From NCBI GenBank assembly GCA_035623825.1, contig DASPSR010000021.1, forward strand, positions 40,342-104,341: a stretch of 64,000 nucleotides of DNA. The letters are read 5' to 3'. Under the pieces are notes generated by a model. That model saw only the letters and a program-made list of their open reading frames with translations. It was not told the origin of the DNA and ran no database searches. The position numbers and the translations under genes were made by a program. Position 1 is the first letter of the stretch. Each line of letters opens with the position of its first letter. Source of the stretch: Nitrospirota bacterium (GTDB lineage: Bacteria > Nitrospirota > UBA9217). Below, in pieces: positions 41,038 to 51,355 of this stretch.

Positions 41038-41484
41038 ATGAAAGTTAAAGAACTGTTAAGCATCAAAGGCATCGAATGCTTCAGCATACTGAAGGACCAG
41101 TCTCTGCTCGACGCTGCGAAGCAGATGACAGAATGCAAGATCGGTGCGCTTCTCGTGATGGACAAAGGGTCGCTCGTGGGCATCGTTACCGAACGCGATA
41201 TCGTGAAGAACGCGGCTAAAGAATCGCTCGAGTGCAAGGATGTGAAAATCAAGGATATCATGACCACCGATCTGCTGGTCTCGAAGCCAGGCGATGACCT
41301 TGAGTATGTCATGGCCGTCATGACCCAGAACAATATCCGCCATCTGCCGATTGTGGACCAGCACGGGCTCGTCGGCCTGCTTTCAATGCGCGATGTGGTG
41401 AAGATCATGGTCAAGAATCTTAAGGCGGAAAATCAGTACCTCAAGGACATGATCGGCGGAAAGCTCGGCGAACTGGGGGATTAG
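41038..41484 (+). CDS. stand-alone CBS-pair (Bateman) protein
   Basis: IGALLV..LVGIVTERDI and IRHLPIV..LVGLLSMRDV. Confidence 0.9.
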   Translation: MKVKELLSIKGIECFSILKDQSLLDAAKQMTECKIGALLVMDKGSLVGIVTERDIVKNAAKESLECKDVKIKDIMTTDLLVSKPGDDLEYVMAVMTQNNIRHLPIVDQHGLVGLLSMRDVVKIMVKNLKAENQYLKDMIGGKLGELGD

Positions 41485-41646
41485 GCGTTGTGCCACAATA
41501 GTATTCCAGAGGGGGGATGCCGGGATTGAAAGGATGTTATTGGTTGTAGCGCCCCATCTGCATTTCGGTGGGGGAAAATGCGTATCGTATGGACCGCAAG
41601 AACGAATTAATCTTAATTTAAATTGAAATTTAAAGGAGGAGACATA

Positions 41647-43752
41647 ATGAATGGTACCATAGGAATTGCCATAGTTTGCGGCATTATCGGCGTTCTGTAC
41701 GCCCTGTCTACCGCGCTATGGGTCAACAAACAGGATGCTGGAAGCGACCGCATGAAACAGATTTCCGATGCGGTGAAAGAAGGCGCGTATGCGTTTCTAA
41801 CGCGCGAGTACAAGACTGTCGCGATGGTTGCTGTGGTTCTCTTGGTGATCCTGGCGATCTTCCTCGGGACATGGACGGCCATTGGATTCGTGATCGGGAC
41901 CGTTGGTTCAGCCCTCGCCGGTTTTGTCGGCATGTGGGTAACGGTGCGCGCCAATGTCCGCACGACGCAGGCGGCCTCGAAGGGCCTTCAGAACGCGCTT
42001 ACCCTTTCCTTTAAGGGCGGCTCGGTGACAGGCATCATGGTCGTGGGTCTCGGCATTATCGGCCTCTCGGGTTACTTTGCGCTAGCTAAGAGCGTGGCAG
42101 GCAACGAGCAGGCATTCCGTGCCCTCGTGGGGCTCGGCTTTGGCTGCTCTCTGATGAGCGTGTTTGCCCGTATCGCAGGCGGTATCTACACCAAGGCGGC
42201 TGACGTGGGCGCCGATCTCGTGGGCAAGGTCGAGGCTGGTATCCCTGAAGATGACCCCCGCAACCCCGCAGTGATTGCCGACAACGTCGGCGACAACGTT
42301 GGCGACTGTGCCGGCATGGCGGCGGATCTCTATGAGACCTATACGGTGACGCTTGTTGCCGCCATGTTGCTGGCAAAGTCCGTATTCAACGCGGACAGCC
42401 CGTGGGTCACATTCCCGCTTCTTCTGGGCGGTGTCTCGATCATTGCATCTATCATCGGTACACGCTTTGTGAAGCTCGGCGCAAGCAATTACATCATGGG
42501 CGCCCTGTATAAAGGCCTCGCCTGGGCTGGCGTTCTCGCGGCTATCGCGTTCTATTTGGTTAGCCGGTGGTTCATTGCCACGCCGGGGCTGGACACCGGC
42601 GGATTCACTGCCGGGAGTGTCTTCGGCACTGCCGTTATCGGCCTTGTTCTGACCGGACTTATCGTCTGGATCACGGAGTATTACACCGCCAAGGAATTCC
42701 GGCCCGTAAAGACGATAGCCAAGGCCAGCCTCACAGGCCACGGCACGAACGTGATCGCCGGTTTGGCAATGAGCATGGAAGCAACGGCGCTTCCGGCAAT
42801 CGTCATTGTCGCATCGATTATGGGTGCCTACGCTCTGGGCGGCGGATTCGCGGGAACCCCCGAAGCCATGGGCCATGGTCTATTCGCTATTGCGCTGTCT
42901 GCGGTTTCCATGCTCTCGATGACAGGCATTGTGGTCGCAATCGACTCTTACGGACCAATCACGGATAATGCAGGCGGTATCGCAGAAATGGCGGAGCTTC
43001 CCTCCTCCGTCCGCGACATCACGGATCCCCTTGATGCGGTCGGTAATACCACGAAGGCTGTTACGAAGGGCTATGCCATTGGCTCCGCCGCACTAGCAGC
43101 CTTAGTGCTGTTCGCGGAGTACTCGAGGGAGCTGGCGCATAGAGCGGAAAGCTCACCAGAATTTGCGAAAAAGCTTCTAGGCGGTTTTTCTCTTTCCGAT
43201 CCGTATATCATCGCCGGGCTGTTCATCGGGGGCGTGATCCCGTACTACTACGGCGGCCGTCTGATGCTGGCGGTCGGAAGGGCGGCAGGTGGCGTGGTCG
43301 ACGAGGTTCGCAGACAGTTCCGCGAGATCAAGGGCATCATGGAAGGTACCGGCAAGCCCGAGTACGGCAAGTGCGTTGACATAGTCACAAAGTCGGCGAT
43401 CCGCGAGATGATGCTGCCCGCTCTTCTTCCCGTGGTTGTTCCGGTTCTCGTGGGCTTTATACTCGGCCCCAAGGCTTTGGGCGGCGTTCTGATCGGCTCG
43501 ATCCTGACCGGTCTGTTCCAGGCCATCGCCATGACATCCGGAGGCGGCGCATGGGACAATGCCAAGAAGTCCTTTGAAGACGGTGTTACCGACGATAAGG
43601 GTGTCGTCCACAAGAAGAAGAGCGAGGGTCACAAGGCCTCGGTCACCGGCGACACGGTCGGCGATCCCTACAAGGACACCGCGGGACCGGCCATCAACCC
43701 GATGATCAAAGTCATCAATATCGTGGCTTTGCTCATCGTGCCGTTGCTCTAA
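41647..43752 (+). CDS. hppA: membrane-bound pyrophosphatase, K+-independent H+-pumping type
   Basis: [30 protein letters not shown] (Lys form), [10 protein letters not shown]. Confidence 0.95.
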   Translation: MNGTIGIAIVCGIIGVLYALSTALWVNKQDAGSDRMKQISDAVKEGAYAFLTREYKTVAMVAVVLLVILAIFLGTWTAIGFVIGTVGSALAGFVGMWVTVRANVRTTQAASKGLQNALTLSFKGGSVTGIMVVGLGIIGLSGYFALAKSVAGNEQAFRALVGLGFGCSLMSVFARIAGGIYTKAADVGADLVGKVEAGIPEDDPRNPAVIADNVGDNVGDCAGMAADLYETYTVTLVAAMLLAKSVFNADSPWVTFPLLLGGVSIIASIIGTRFVKLGASNYIMGALYKGLAWAGVLAAIAFYLVSRWFIATPGLDTGGFTAGSVFGTAVIGLVLTGLIVWITEYYTAKEFRPVKTIAKASLTGHGTNVIAGLAMSMEATALPAIVIVASIMGAYALGGGFAGTPEAMGHGLFAIALSAVSMLSMTGIVVAIDSYGPITDNAGGIAEMAELPSSVRDITDPLDAVGNTTKAVTKGYAIGSAALAALVLFAEYSRELAHRAESSPEFAKKLLGGFSLSDPYIIAGLFIGGVIPYYYGGRLMLAVGRAAGGVVDEVRRQFREIKGIMEGTGKPEYGKCVDIVTKSAIREMMLPALLPVVVPVLVGFILGPKALGGVLIGSILTGLFQAIAMTSGGGAWDNAKKSFEDGVTDDKGVVHKKKSEGHKASVTGDTVGDPYKDTAGPAINPMIKVINIVALLIVPLL

Positions 43753-43772
43753 TAGACTCGTGATTTAATGAG

Positions 43773-43809
43773 AGGGCTGGCCTCCGAAATGGGCCAGCCC
43801 TATTTTTTT
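43773..43809 (+). terminator. intrinsic terminator after hppA
   Basis: AGGGCTGGCC-tccgaaatg-GGCCAGCCCT-ATTTTTTT. Confidence 0.85.
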
Positions 43810-43996
43810 CAAGAGCAGTTCAAGAGCCGTGTGAAATGGGATTAGACCGTACAAATTTCTTAATGCCGCATCGGCGCATGAGCTCCGTGGAAGGTTGTGA
43901 TCAACCGCTTCTTCACAGTTTGTGGTCCCCCTGGACGCGCTTTTTTAATGCAATATGATTGCAATTTATCAGTAAAGTGGTATTATTCATGGTCCT

Positions 43997-44491
43997 ATGC
44001 GGGAAGAGCAGGTACTGGTAAATGCCGGGTGTTCCCCGGATATTGTTGCGCACTGTATAGCAGTCTCTCAAACAGCTCTATCCATTGCGACGCGGGTAAC
44101 GATCGCGGTCGATCGGGAGCTGGTACGGCAAGGCGGTTTGTTTCATGACATCGGCAGATCAAGGACGCACGGGATAGGGCACGCCATCGCCGGAGTAGAG
44201 ATCGGGAATCATCTCGGTTTTTCCAGCCAGCTTATCAACATCATAGAACGTCATATCGGTGCAGGCATAACAGCTCCTGAGGCAGAGCGCCTCGGGCTGC
44301 CGAAGAAGGATTATCTTCCCCTTACCCCGGAAGAAAAGATCGTCTCCTACGCCGACAATCTGATCAGCGGCGTGCGGGAGCTGCCGTTCTATGAGGCACT
44401 GGAACGGTTCAAGAAAATACTCGGCCCGGACCATGAAGGTGTCGAACTGTTTGTTAAGCAGCACCGTGAGATACGGAGCTGGTTGAGATGA
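43997..44491 (+). CDS. small HDIG-domain protein (TIGR00295-like)
   Basis: VAHCIAV, FHDIGRSRTHGIGH, ERHIGAGI, EEKIVSYADNL. Confidence 0.85.
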   Translation: MREEQVLVNAGCSPDIVAHCIAVSQTALSIATRVTIAVDRELVRQGGLFHDIGRSRTHGIGHAIAGVEIGNHLGFSSQLINIIERHIGAGITAPEAERLGLPKKDYLPLTPEEKIVSYADNLISGVRELPFYEALERFKKILGPDHEGVELFVKQHREIRSWLR

Positions 44492-44601
44492 GAATCTGAA
44501 GTCGCGAGGGTTGGCGGATAAGAGCCTGCCAGGAAGAGAGACGGCAGACGAGCATACAGCGTCTGAAATCCGCCGCAACCGGCGGGCGATGAGGGGTTAC
44601 C

Positions 44602-45498
44602 ATGAGCGATAAAAAAAATAAAATGGAAGCAGAAGATTTCGATATCGAGCCGTTGAAGAAGAACAAGACCGACAAGGTCGTACCGGTCAAGCTCACCGGA
44701 AAGAGCAGGTTCAAGTTCCGCTGCCACAAGGGGGTCGCATGCTTTACAGCTTGCTGCAGCAATATCAACATCGTCTTGCCGCCTTACGATCTTCTGCGGC
44801 TTCGCAAGCGGCTCGGCATGACATCCGAAGATTTCATCAACAAATACTGTGAGATTGAGATCCTCGCCAAGACACTCCTTCCTGTGATAACGCTTAAGAT
44901 GGGCAGTGATGAGAAAAAGAGCTGCCCTTTTGTGACCCCCAGCGGGTGCACGGTGTATGACGACCGGCCGAACACGTGCCGGTATTATCCCGTTGGCATG
45001 GCGACGCTCAGAAAAAAGGACGCCGAAGGGGGTAAGGACGAATTCTACTTCATGATCAAGGAAGACCATTGCAGGGGCTTTGAAGAGGAAAGGGACTGGA
45101 CCATCGACGAGTGGCGTAAGGACCAGGAGGCCGACCTTTACGACGAAATGAATCGCGGCTGGATGGAGATCCTTATCAAGAAAAAATCATTCGGCGAGAA
45201 GGAGTTCCCTGAGATCAAGAACCAGATGTTCTTCATGGTCAGCACGAACACTGACTACTTCCGTGAATTTGTGTTCGGGAGCAGCTTCCTCGAAACCTAT
45301 GATATTCCCCAGGAACGGATCGAAAAGGTCCGGACCGATGACACAGAGCTCTTGAAGCTGGGGTTCGAATGGCTTCGGTCAGCAATGTTCGCCGAGGAGA
45401 CTCTCAAGCTGAAGGAAGGCGTAGCCGAAGCGCGCAAAGACCGTGCTGATGCGGTGCTCAGAAAGGTCTACGGGGGCAACGATAAGAAACAGGGGTAG
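44602..45498 (+). CDS. YkgJ-family cysteine-cluster protein
   Basis: CHKGVACFTACC, CPF, CTVYDDRPNTCRYYP, EDHCRG. Confidence 0.88.
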   Translation: MSDKKNKMEAEDFDIEPLKKNKTDKVVPVKLTGKSRFKFRCHKGVACFTACCSNINIVLPPYDLLRLRKRLGMTSEDFINKYCEIEILAKTLLPVITLKMGSDEKKSCPFVTPSGCTVYDDRPNTCRYYPVGMATLRKKDAEGGKDEFYFMIKEDHCRGFEEERDWTIDEWRKDQEADLYDEMNRGWMEILIKKKSFGEKEFPEIKNQMFFMVSTNTDYFREFVFGSSFLETYDIPQERIEKVRTDDTELLKLGFEWLRSAMFAEETLKLKEGVAEARKDRADAVLRKVYGGNDKKQG

Positions 45499-45513
45499 AT
45501 GCACAGCGCGGCC

Positions 45514-46272
45514 CTATTCATGCCGCTGTAAAATCGCGCTCATCTCTTTATAGATTACGTTCCCGATGGCAATCCCCTGATCGATGAACTCGGGGCCGTA
45601 TCGCTTGCCGGTTTCAGTCCGGAACGTTTCCTTGATTCTCTCAATACCCCTCATCTTTTCGCGGAAGGTCTGGTGCAGATCTTCGATCGGCGTGTTATGC
45701 GCCGATACCATGAGCCAGAGCGTCGTGCTGAAGTTCTCGGGCCCCCACCGGAATTTGTCGGCATCGTAGAGAGCGTCGCTCACCATGCAACCTGCCTCAT
45801 CATCCAGATCGCATGTCGCCTTGAACGCTTCATGGTTCCTGATCGCATAGGTTATATTGAATCGGCTGCGGTCATCCACACCCAGCGCTGCAAGGATTTT
45901 TTCCGCCTCGATGCTTCCTCGAACCGCATGGTCCTGCTCCCGGCGCTTGATGTCATGGAGGAGGCCCGCTATCATGGCAGCGGTAAAGAGCGGTTCGATC
46001 AGGGGCATGCTGAAGCCTCGCCTGAGACCTTCCGCGAGGACAATGGTCCCGGCATCCCGTGCAACGGCTTCGCAGTGACAGAGCCCGTGTGCGCACTCCA
46101 ACTGTGACTCGTCTAGATAAGCACGGCATTTCCGGATAAGCCAATGGGTCTTGAGCGTTTCTTCGGCAAAACTGATGAGCGTGGTATGATCACCATAAAA
46201 CGCGGGGCGGGGAAGGGTGCTGGCTATCCTGAGAGCTAAGTCCTGGAGCTTTTGGTATTCTGCCCGAACCAT
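45514..46272 (-). CDS. HD-domain protein
   Basis: HGLCHCEAV, LLHDIKR, DHAVRG, IRNHE, LYDADKF; start uncertain. Confidence 0.8.
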   Translation of the reverse strand: MVRAEYQKLQDLALRIASTLPRPAFYGDHTTLISFAEETLKTHWLIRKCRAYLDESQLECAHGLCHCEAVARDAGTIVLAEGLRRGFSMPLIEPLFTAAMIAGLLHDIKRREQDHAVRGSIEAEKILAALGVDDRSRFNITYAIRNHEAFKATCDLDDEAGCMVSDALYDADKFRWGPENFSTTLWLMVSAHNTPIEDLHQTFREKMRGIERIKETFRTETGKRYGPEFIDQGIAIGNVIYKEMSAILQRHE

Positions 46273-46398
46273 AATCCCATCATAAACGCTGAACAAGACG
46301 ATTGTCAAGCGAGTTTTCGGGCGCGTTATCTTCGGATTGACACACCTTTGCCGCATAGGGTAATATGCAACATCATTGCACACTGAAAGGAGTTCCCT

Positions 46399-47949
46399 TT
46401 GTCCGACATCCATAGCGAACGAATACTGATCCTTGACTTCGGTTCCCAATACACCCAGCTCATTGCCCGAAGGGTGCGAGAGGCAAAGGTCTACTGCGAG
46501 ATCTATCCGTTCAATGCGGGCCTCGAAAAGGTCAAGACCTTCAGACCAAAGGGACTGATCCTGTCAGGCGGGCCGTCGAGCGTATACGATCCGGGCTCTC
46601 CCCTGATCGAGAAGGCCGTGATCGATATCGGTGTCCCGGTGCTCGGCATCTGCTACGGCATGCAGCTTTTGACACACCTCCTCGGCGGCGTTGTGGCGAA
46701 ATCACAAAAGCGCGAATACGGCAGAGCGGAACTCAACATCCACAAAGGCAAGGGGCTCTTTACCGGGGTCGGCGAAGCCGGCAGGGCGACCGTGTGGATG
46801 AGCCATGGCGACCGGATTGAGAAAATGCCTGACGGCTTTACCGCTATCGCCCATACCGGCAATTCACCGACCGCCGCCATGGCAGACGATGATAAAAAAT
46901 TCTACGGCGTCCAGTTCCATCCAGAGGTGGTACACACACCTCAGGGCGCCCAGATACTCAGAAATTTCGTGTACGGCATTTGCAAATGCGAGCCGTCATG
47001 GACCATGGCGTCCTTCGTCGATTATTCCGTGGGAGAGATACGGAAAGCAGTAGGGAATAAACAGGCCGTCTGCGGCCTCTCCGGAGGGGTGGATTCGTCT
47101 GTGGCCGCGGTACTCGTGCATAAGGCCATAGGCAAACAGCTTACATGCATCTTTGTGAACAACGGGGTGCTGAGAAAGGACGAGGCGGAAAAAGTTCAGC
47201 ATACCTTCAAAGATATGGGGCTGAACCTCAAGTACGTGAATGCCTCGTCTCAGTTCCTGGATAAGCTCGATGGTGTTGAAGATCCGGAGATGAAGCGGAA
47301 GATCATCGGAAAAACCTTCATTGAGGTCTTCGAGAAAGAGGCGCATGAGGTGGGGGGAGCTGAATTTCTGGTTCAAGGAACGCTCTATCCGGACGTCATA
47401 GAGAGTGTTTCCTTCAAAGGACCTTCAGCGGTTATCAAATCCCATCACAATGTGGGCGGCTTGCCGGAGCAGATGAAGCTTAAGCTCGTAGAACCGCTCC
47501 GGGAACTCTTCAAGGACGAGGTTCGGGCCATAGGAAGGGAGTTGAAGATGCCCGGCGAGATCATCGACCGCCAGCCTTTTCCGGGACCGGGGCTTGCGAT
47601 CCGTATCCTCGGTGCAGTGACCGGACCGCGGCTCAAGATACTGCGTGAGGCTGATTCCATCGTGATCGAAGAGATCAAGAAGGCTGGATTGTACAAGGAC
47701 ATCTGGCAGTCTTTTGCCGTGCTGCTCCCGATCAAGACCGTGGGTGTGATGGGCGATGAGCGCACCTATGAGAATGTGGTTGCCATCCGTGCGGTCACGA
47801 GCCAGGACGGCATGACCGCTGATTGGGCGAGGCTCTCCTACGATTTGATGGGGACCATGTCCAACCGGATCATCAACGAGGTGAAAGGCGTAAACCGCGT
47901 GGTGTTTGACATCTCGTCAAAGCCGCCGAGCACGATTGAGTGGGAATGA
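46399..47949 (+). CDS. guaA: GMP synthase (glutamine-hydrolysing)
   Basis: [43 protein letters not shown]; TTG start with AAGGAG RBS. Confidence 0.98.
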   Translation: MSDIHSERILILDFGSQYTQLIARRVREAKVYCEIYPFNAGLEKVKTFRPKGLILSGGPSSVYDPGSPLIEKAVIDIGVPVLGICYGMQLLTHLLGGVVAKSQKREYGRAELNIHKGKGLFTGVGEAGRATVWMSHGDRIEKMPDGFTAIAHTGNSPTAAMADDDKKFYGVQFHPEVVHTPQGAQILRNFVYGICKCEPSWTMASFVDYSVGEIRKAVGNKQAVCGLSGGVDSSVAAVLVHKAIGKQLTCIFVNNGVLRKDEAEKVQHTFKDMGLNLKYVNASSQFLDKLDGVEDPEMKRKIIGKTFIEVFEKEAHEVGGAEFLVQGTLYPDVIESVSFKGPSAVIKSHHNVGGLPEQMKLKLVEPLRELFKDEVRAIGRELKMPGEIIDRQPFPGPGLAIRILGAVTGPRLKILREADSIVIEEIKKAGLYKDIWQSFAVLLPIKTVGVMGDERTYENVVAIRAVTSQDGMTADWARLSYDLMGTMSNRIINEVKGVNRVVFDISSKPPSTIEWE

Positions 47950-48029
47950 TTGAGGTGGAGAAAGAGGTGTGGATTTCGAAGTGAGCGACGTATCAGCCCA
48001 TTACCCGATTGTGGCCAATAGCATCTTCG

Positions 48030-48386
48030 CTAATCGGACGTCTTCGGTGGTATGCTGCCGAACTCCTTGCCAAACTGTTTGGTAGCCGTAACGCCTACTT
48101 CCTGGAGCATTCGCGCATGGGTCTCCTTAATGACATCGAGAGGAACATCAAGAGCCTTGGCAATCTCTTCCAGGCCCTGGCGCTGCGCGAAGTGACGCTC
48201 GGCGATCATGATCTTCAGGAAATCGGCCTGGATGATGGTCATCAGCGTTCTGTCAGCTATTGAATAGCTTCCATAAGCCTGACGCAGCGTCTGTCCAGCG
48301 GCAATGGCTTCGCGGAACTTGTTCACCGCCTCTTCATAAATCTTGTCCTCCTCGGGCGTGAACTCCTTGAAGCTGAATTCTGGCAT
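48030..48386 (-). CDS. hypothetical protein (helical, possible C-terminal HTH)
   Basis: Coding-like ORF with LEEIAKALDVPLDVI. Confidence 0.65.
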   Translation of the reverse strand: MPEFSFKEFTPEEDKIYEEAVNKFREAIAAGQTLRQAYGSYSIADRTLMTIIQADFLKIMIAERHFAQRQGLEEIAKALDVPLDVIKETHARMLQEVGVTATKQFGKEFGSIPPKTSD

Positions 48387-48529
48387 TTGGTGTTTTTCCT
48401 TGGACTTACCCTTCCTTCTCATGAGTCATCCTTAAGCTCCGCAAGGGAACGCTACCTGGTTCGCACGAGGCAGAACGCACGGCGTAAAGCGTGTATAGCC
48501 AGTGCTCTTTGATCTCCCGTGGTGATTTT

Positions 48530-48862
48530 CTACATCATCCGCTTTTCCTTAGGCCTCCGCTCCGGCACTTGCCGGTGCTCAATACCATCGTCATTCCATG
48601 CCACCGACACGTACAGCCCGCAAAAGCAGCTTCCATATTCCTTGATATCCGGGTCCCGATACACGCAGGGACAGACGATGTCCGCGTCCTTATCCTTTAC
48701 TTCCCATGCTAGGCGGCAGGGGCAGGAGCGGTAGCCATACCGGGACTCGTTCGTGAGAAGTCCCCGCAGAATGTCCAACACGAAAGGTTTGTCCCTATTC
48801 AAACGGATGCCCTGCGACTCGGCATATTTGGACAGTATATCGTAAAGCTTCTCCGGTGTCAT
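48530..48862 (-). CDS. ferredoxin:thioredoxin reductase catalytic-subunit family protein
   Basis: YGYRSCPCR, VCPCVY, GSCFCGLY; ATGA overlap with the upstream glutaredoxin. Confidence 0.9.
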   Translation of the reverse strand: MTPEKLYDILSKYAESQGIRLNRDKPFVLDILRGLLTNESRYGYRSCPCRLAWEVKDKDADIVCPCVYRDPDIKEYGSCFCGLYVSVAWNDDGIEHRQVPERRPKEKRMM

Positions 48863-49122
48863 GGGCAATTTAATGCTTTCCGAAGCCGTTCCTCATTAAA
48901 GCCGACGATGATGGTATCACCAATGCAAATGGTTGGAAAGCTACAGTCGGGGTTGAGTTTCCTCACCTCATCCAAGATGCGCTCGCGTTCCGCGCCGGTT
49001 AGGAGATCAACATCGATGAACTCCATGTCGATCCCGTTGTCCTTGAAGAATCGTTTAGTGCGCATGCAGTGGGAGCAGGTGCTGAGCGTGTACAGCTTGA
49101 TTTTTAATTTCGACGGTCCCAT
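48859..49122 (-). CDS. glutaredoxin/NrdH-like redoxin
   Basis: YTLSTCSHC, SFPT, IVGF. Confidence 0.9.
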   Translation of the reverse strand: MGPSKLKIKLYTLSTCSHCMRTKRFFKDNGIDMEFIDVDLLTGAERERILDEVRKLNPDCSFPTICIGDTIIVGFNEERLRKALNCP

Positions 49123-49244
49123 CCAGCCTCCCGATTTTAGAAGTTTTGCAGTATAACATAGAGCCTGGAGATATGCAAATAAATTAGCATGAGCACCATT
49201 GCGCCTTTCTTGACAATGAAGATCGCCGGTGCAACAATATTAAC

Positions 49245-49901
49245 ATGAAAAAAATATTTCTTAAAGCCGCGGTATTATTGGCGCTTTTCTCCTGCGCTCC
49301 GGTACTCGACCGAAAGCTCATGGGTGAGGGTGTGCGCAATGTCCCGCTCTCCCAGCTCAGGGAGACACCTGATGCATACAAGGGGAAGCTCTTCATCCTC
49401 GGCGGGCTTATCGTGGGGACCCGTTTCACCGAAAAAGGGTCTGAGATCGAGGCAGTGAATGTGCCCGTTGATTCCCGCGGGTATCTCGAAGAAACCGAGC
49501 ATCCCATGGGGAGATTCATAGCGATATTCCCGAAGGAAAGGGGGTTCCTCGATCCGTTGGTTTACGAAAAGGGGAGGAAGATAACATTCGCCGGGGAGTT
49601 TCTGGAGATCCGGAAGGGCAAGATAGATGAAATGGATTATGCCTATCCCGTTTTCAAGATTGAGCAGATCCACCTGTGGGAGAGGGAGGAATATTATTCC
49701 CCAGGTTATCCGTACTATTATCCTTATCCGTACTGGTGGTATGACCCGTGGTTAAGAACGCATCCCTACCTGTACTGGCCACCTCCGCCGGAGCGGCATG
49801 AAGCGTTTACAGCCTTAAGAAGCGCTTCTTGTGATTCGGGAATCTCTGGCCTTCAGGCTGGAGAGATATTGGTCTCTCCGAAAATGATCTTGTTGCATTA
49901 G
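49245..49901 (+). CDS. Slp-family outer-membrane lipoprotein
   Basis: Lipobox LFSC; LGGLIV, GRFIA..GFLDP..Y..GR.ITFAG, YAYPV, Tyr/Pro/Trp-rich tail. Confidence 0.85.
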   Translation: MKKIFLKAAVLLALFSCAPVLDRKLMGEGVRNVPLSQLRETPDAYKGKLFILGGLIVGTRFTEKGSEIEAVNVPVDSRGYLEETEHPMGRFIAIFPKERGFLDPLVYEKGRKITFAGEFLEIRKGKIDEMDYAYPVFKIEQIHLWEREEYYSPGYPYYYPYPYWWYDPWLRTHPYLYWPPPPERHEAFTALRSASCDSGISGLQAGEILVSPKMILLH

Positions 49902-50083
49902 CTTTTCTATTGAAAATTCCAAAAAAGCCTTTCTGTGTTTTTTCGTCTCTGTTGCTTTTTCCAGCGCAGTATCAATGGTTTTTGGGTCCCGGATCATGTA
50001 TTGTATAATATAGGTATATGAACGGGTGAAAAGCCTGCCGGGACAAGGAAAAGTGAACGATTGACCCTACAGCACAGGTTCCT

Positions 50084-51247
50084 ATGAAAATCGCCGCACG
50101 GACCCAAAAACTGACCCCCTTTTACGTTATGGAACTTCTGGAGAAGGCCCGGCAGATGGAGACCCGGGGCGAGCACGTCGTGCATATGGAAATCGGCGAG
50201 CCCGACTTCCCCACCCCTGCCATGGTCAAGGATGCCGCCATCGAAGCGCTCCGGACCAACCATACATTCTATACTCACAGTTTGGGGCTCCCTGAGCTGA
50301 GACAGCTCATAGCGGATCACTACCATCGGAAGGACTGCATTACGGTCTCTCCCGAGCGAGTGGTCATCACCAGCGGTACATCGGGCGCCTTTCTCCTCCT
50401 TTGTGCAGTCCTGCTTGAGAAGGGAAGAACTCTTGCCCTCTCCGATCCCGGCTATCCATGCTACAAAAACTTCGCCACTCTCTTCGATGCGGATGTGCTT
50501 CCCATTCACGTGTCCGGAGAAACACGCTTCGAGGTAAGGCCGCGGGACCTTCTGGCAGGAGGAAAAGGAAAAGCGCCGGATCTCTTGATTATCTCCAATC
50601 CCGCTAACCCCACGGGCACTGTCTATCGTGAAGAAACCGTCGTTGATCTGATGAGGGCGCTCGCGGAGGGCAACGGTACTCTCGTCGTCGATGAGATCTA
50701 CCAAGGGCTTATCTACGGACGGACGGTGCGATCATCCCTTAGCCTTTCCGACCGGATAATCGTCGTGGACGGTTTTTCGAAGGCCTTTGCCATGACGGGC
50801 TGGAGACTTGGGTGGATGGTGGTGCCCGATGAACTGGTCCGGCCCGTGCAGATCGTGGCGCAGAACGTCTTCATCGCTCCACCCACGCTGTCCCAATATG
50901 CGGCCTTAAAGGCCTTTGATGCCGTGCGTGATGCGTCGCACATGCGGAAGACCTACGAGGAGCGGAGAGACTTCCTCCTACCGGCACTTGCAATGCTTGG
51001 GTTTAGCATTCCCGTGAAACCCGAAGGAGCCTTCTATATCTATGCAGGCATTGGAAAGTGGGGGATTGACAGTCGAACATTCGCGGAGCAGGCGCTCCAG
51101 GATGCAAAGGTAGCTATCACGCCAGGATACGACTTCGGTTCCTTCCGTGCGGGGTCCCATGTCCGATTCTCCTATGCAACGAGCATCGAGAACCTCAAGC
51201 TGGGCTGTGAACGCCTCGCCGCATGGCTTAAGACCCTTGAGGCGTAA
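50084..51247 (+). CDS. PLP-dependent class I/II aminotransferase
   Basis: IGEPDF, NPANPTG, VDEIY, GFSKAFAMTGWRLGW. Confidence 0.92.
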   Translation: MKIAARTQKLTPFYVMELLEKARQMETRGEHVVHMEIGEPDFPTPAMVKDAAIEALRTNHTFYTHSLGLPELRQLIADHYHRKDCITVSPERVVITSGTSGAFLLLCAVLLEKGRTLALSDPGYPCYKNFATLFDADVLPIHVSGETRFEVRPRDLLAGGKGKAPDLLIISNPANPTGTVYREETVVDLMRALAEGNGTLVVDEIYQGLIYGRTVRSSLSLSDRIIVVDGFSKAFAMTGWRLGWMVVPDELVRPVQIVAQNVFIAPPTLSQYAALKAFDAVRDASHMRKTYEERRDFLLPALAMLGFSIPVKPEGAFYIYAGIGKWGIDSRTFAEQALQDAKVAITPGYDFGSFRAGSHVRFSYATSIENLKLGCERLAAWLKTLEA

Positions 51248-51355
51248 GAACGTGCATTGTGCCGCAAAAATGCCTGCCGAGTCCATGGAGTGCGTCTGAT
51301 CTATGCGGCAGTCACAACATATTTACTTTCTGCAAATCAAGTCAGATCGGTTCTC

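Noticed and set aside
41540-41600. Possible Na+ riboswitch or pseudoknot in the hppA leader (CCCCATC/GGTGGGG stem, GCATTT/AAATGC alternative)
   Set aside because: Does not fit the consensus I recall, and the 2-nt linker is too short for an H-type pseudoknot
49795-49901. Extra C-terminal tail on the Slp lipoprotein suggesting recoding or a lost stop
   Set aside because: Cannot be distinguished from natural length variation without homologs
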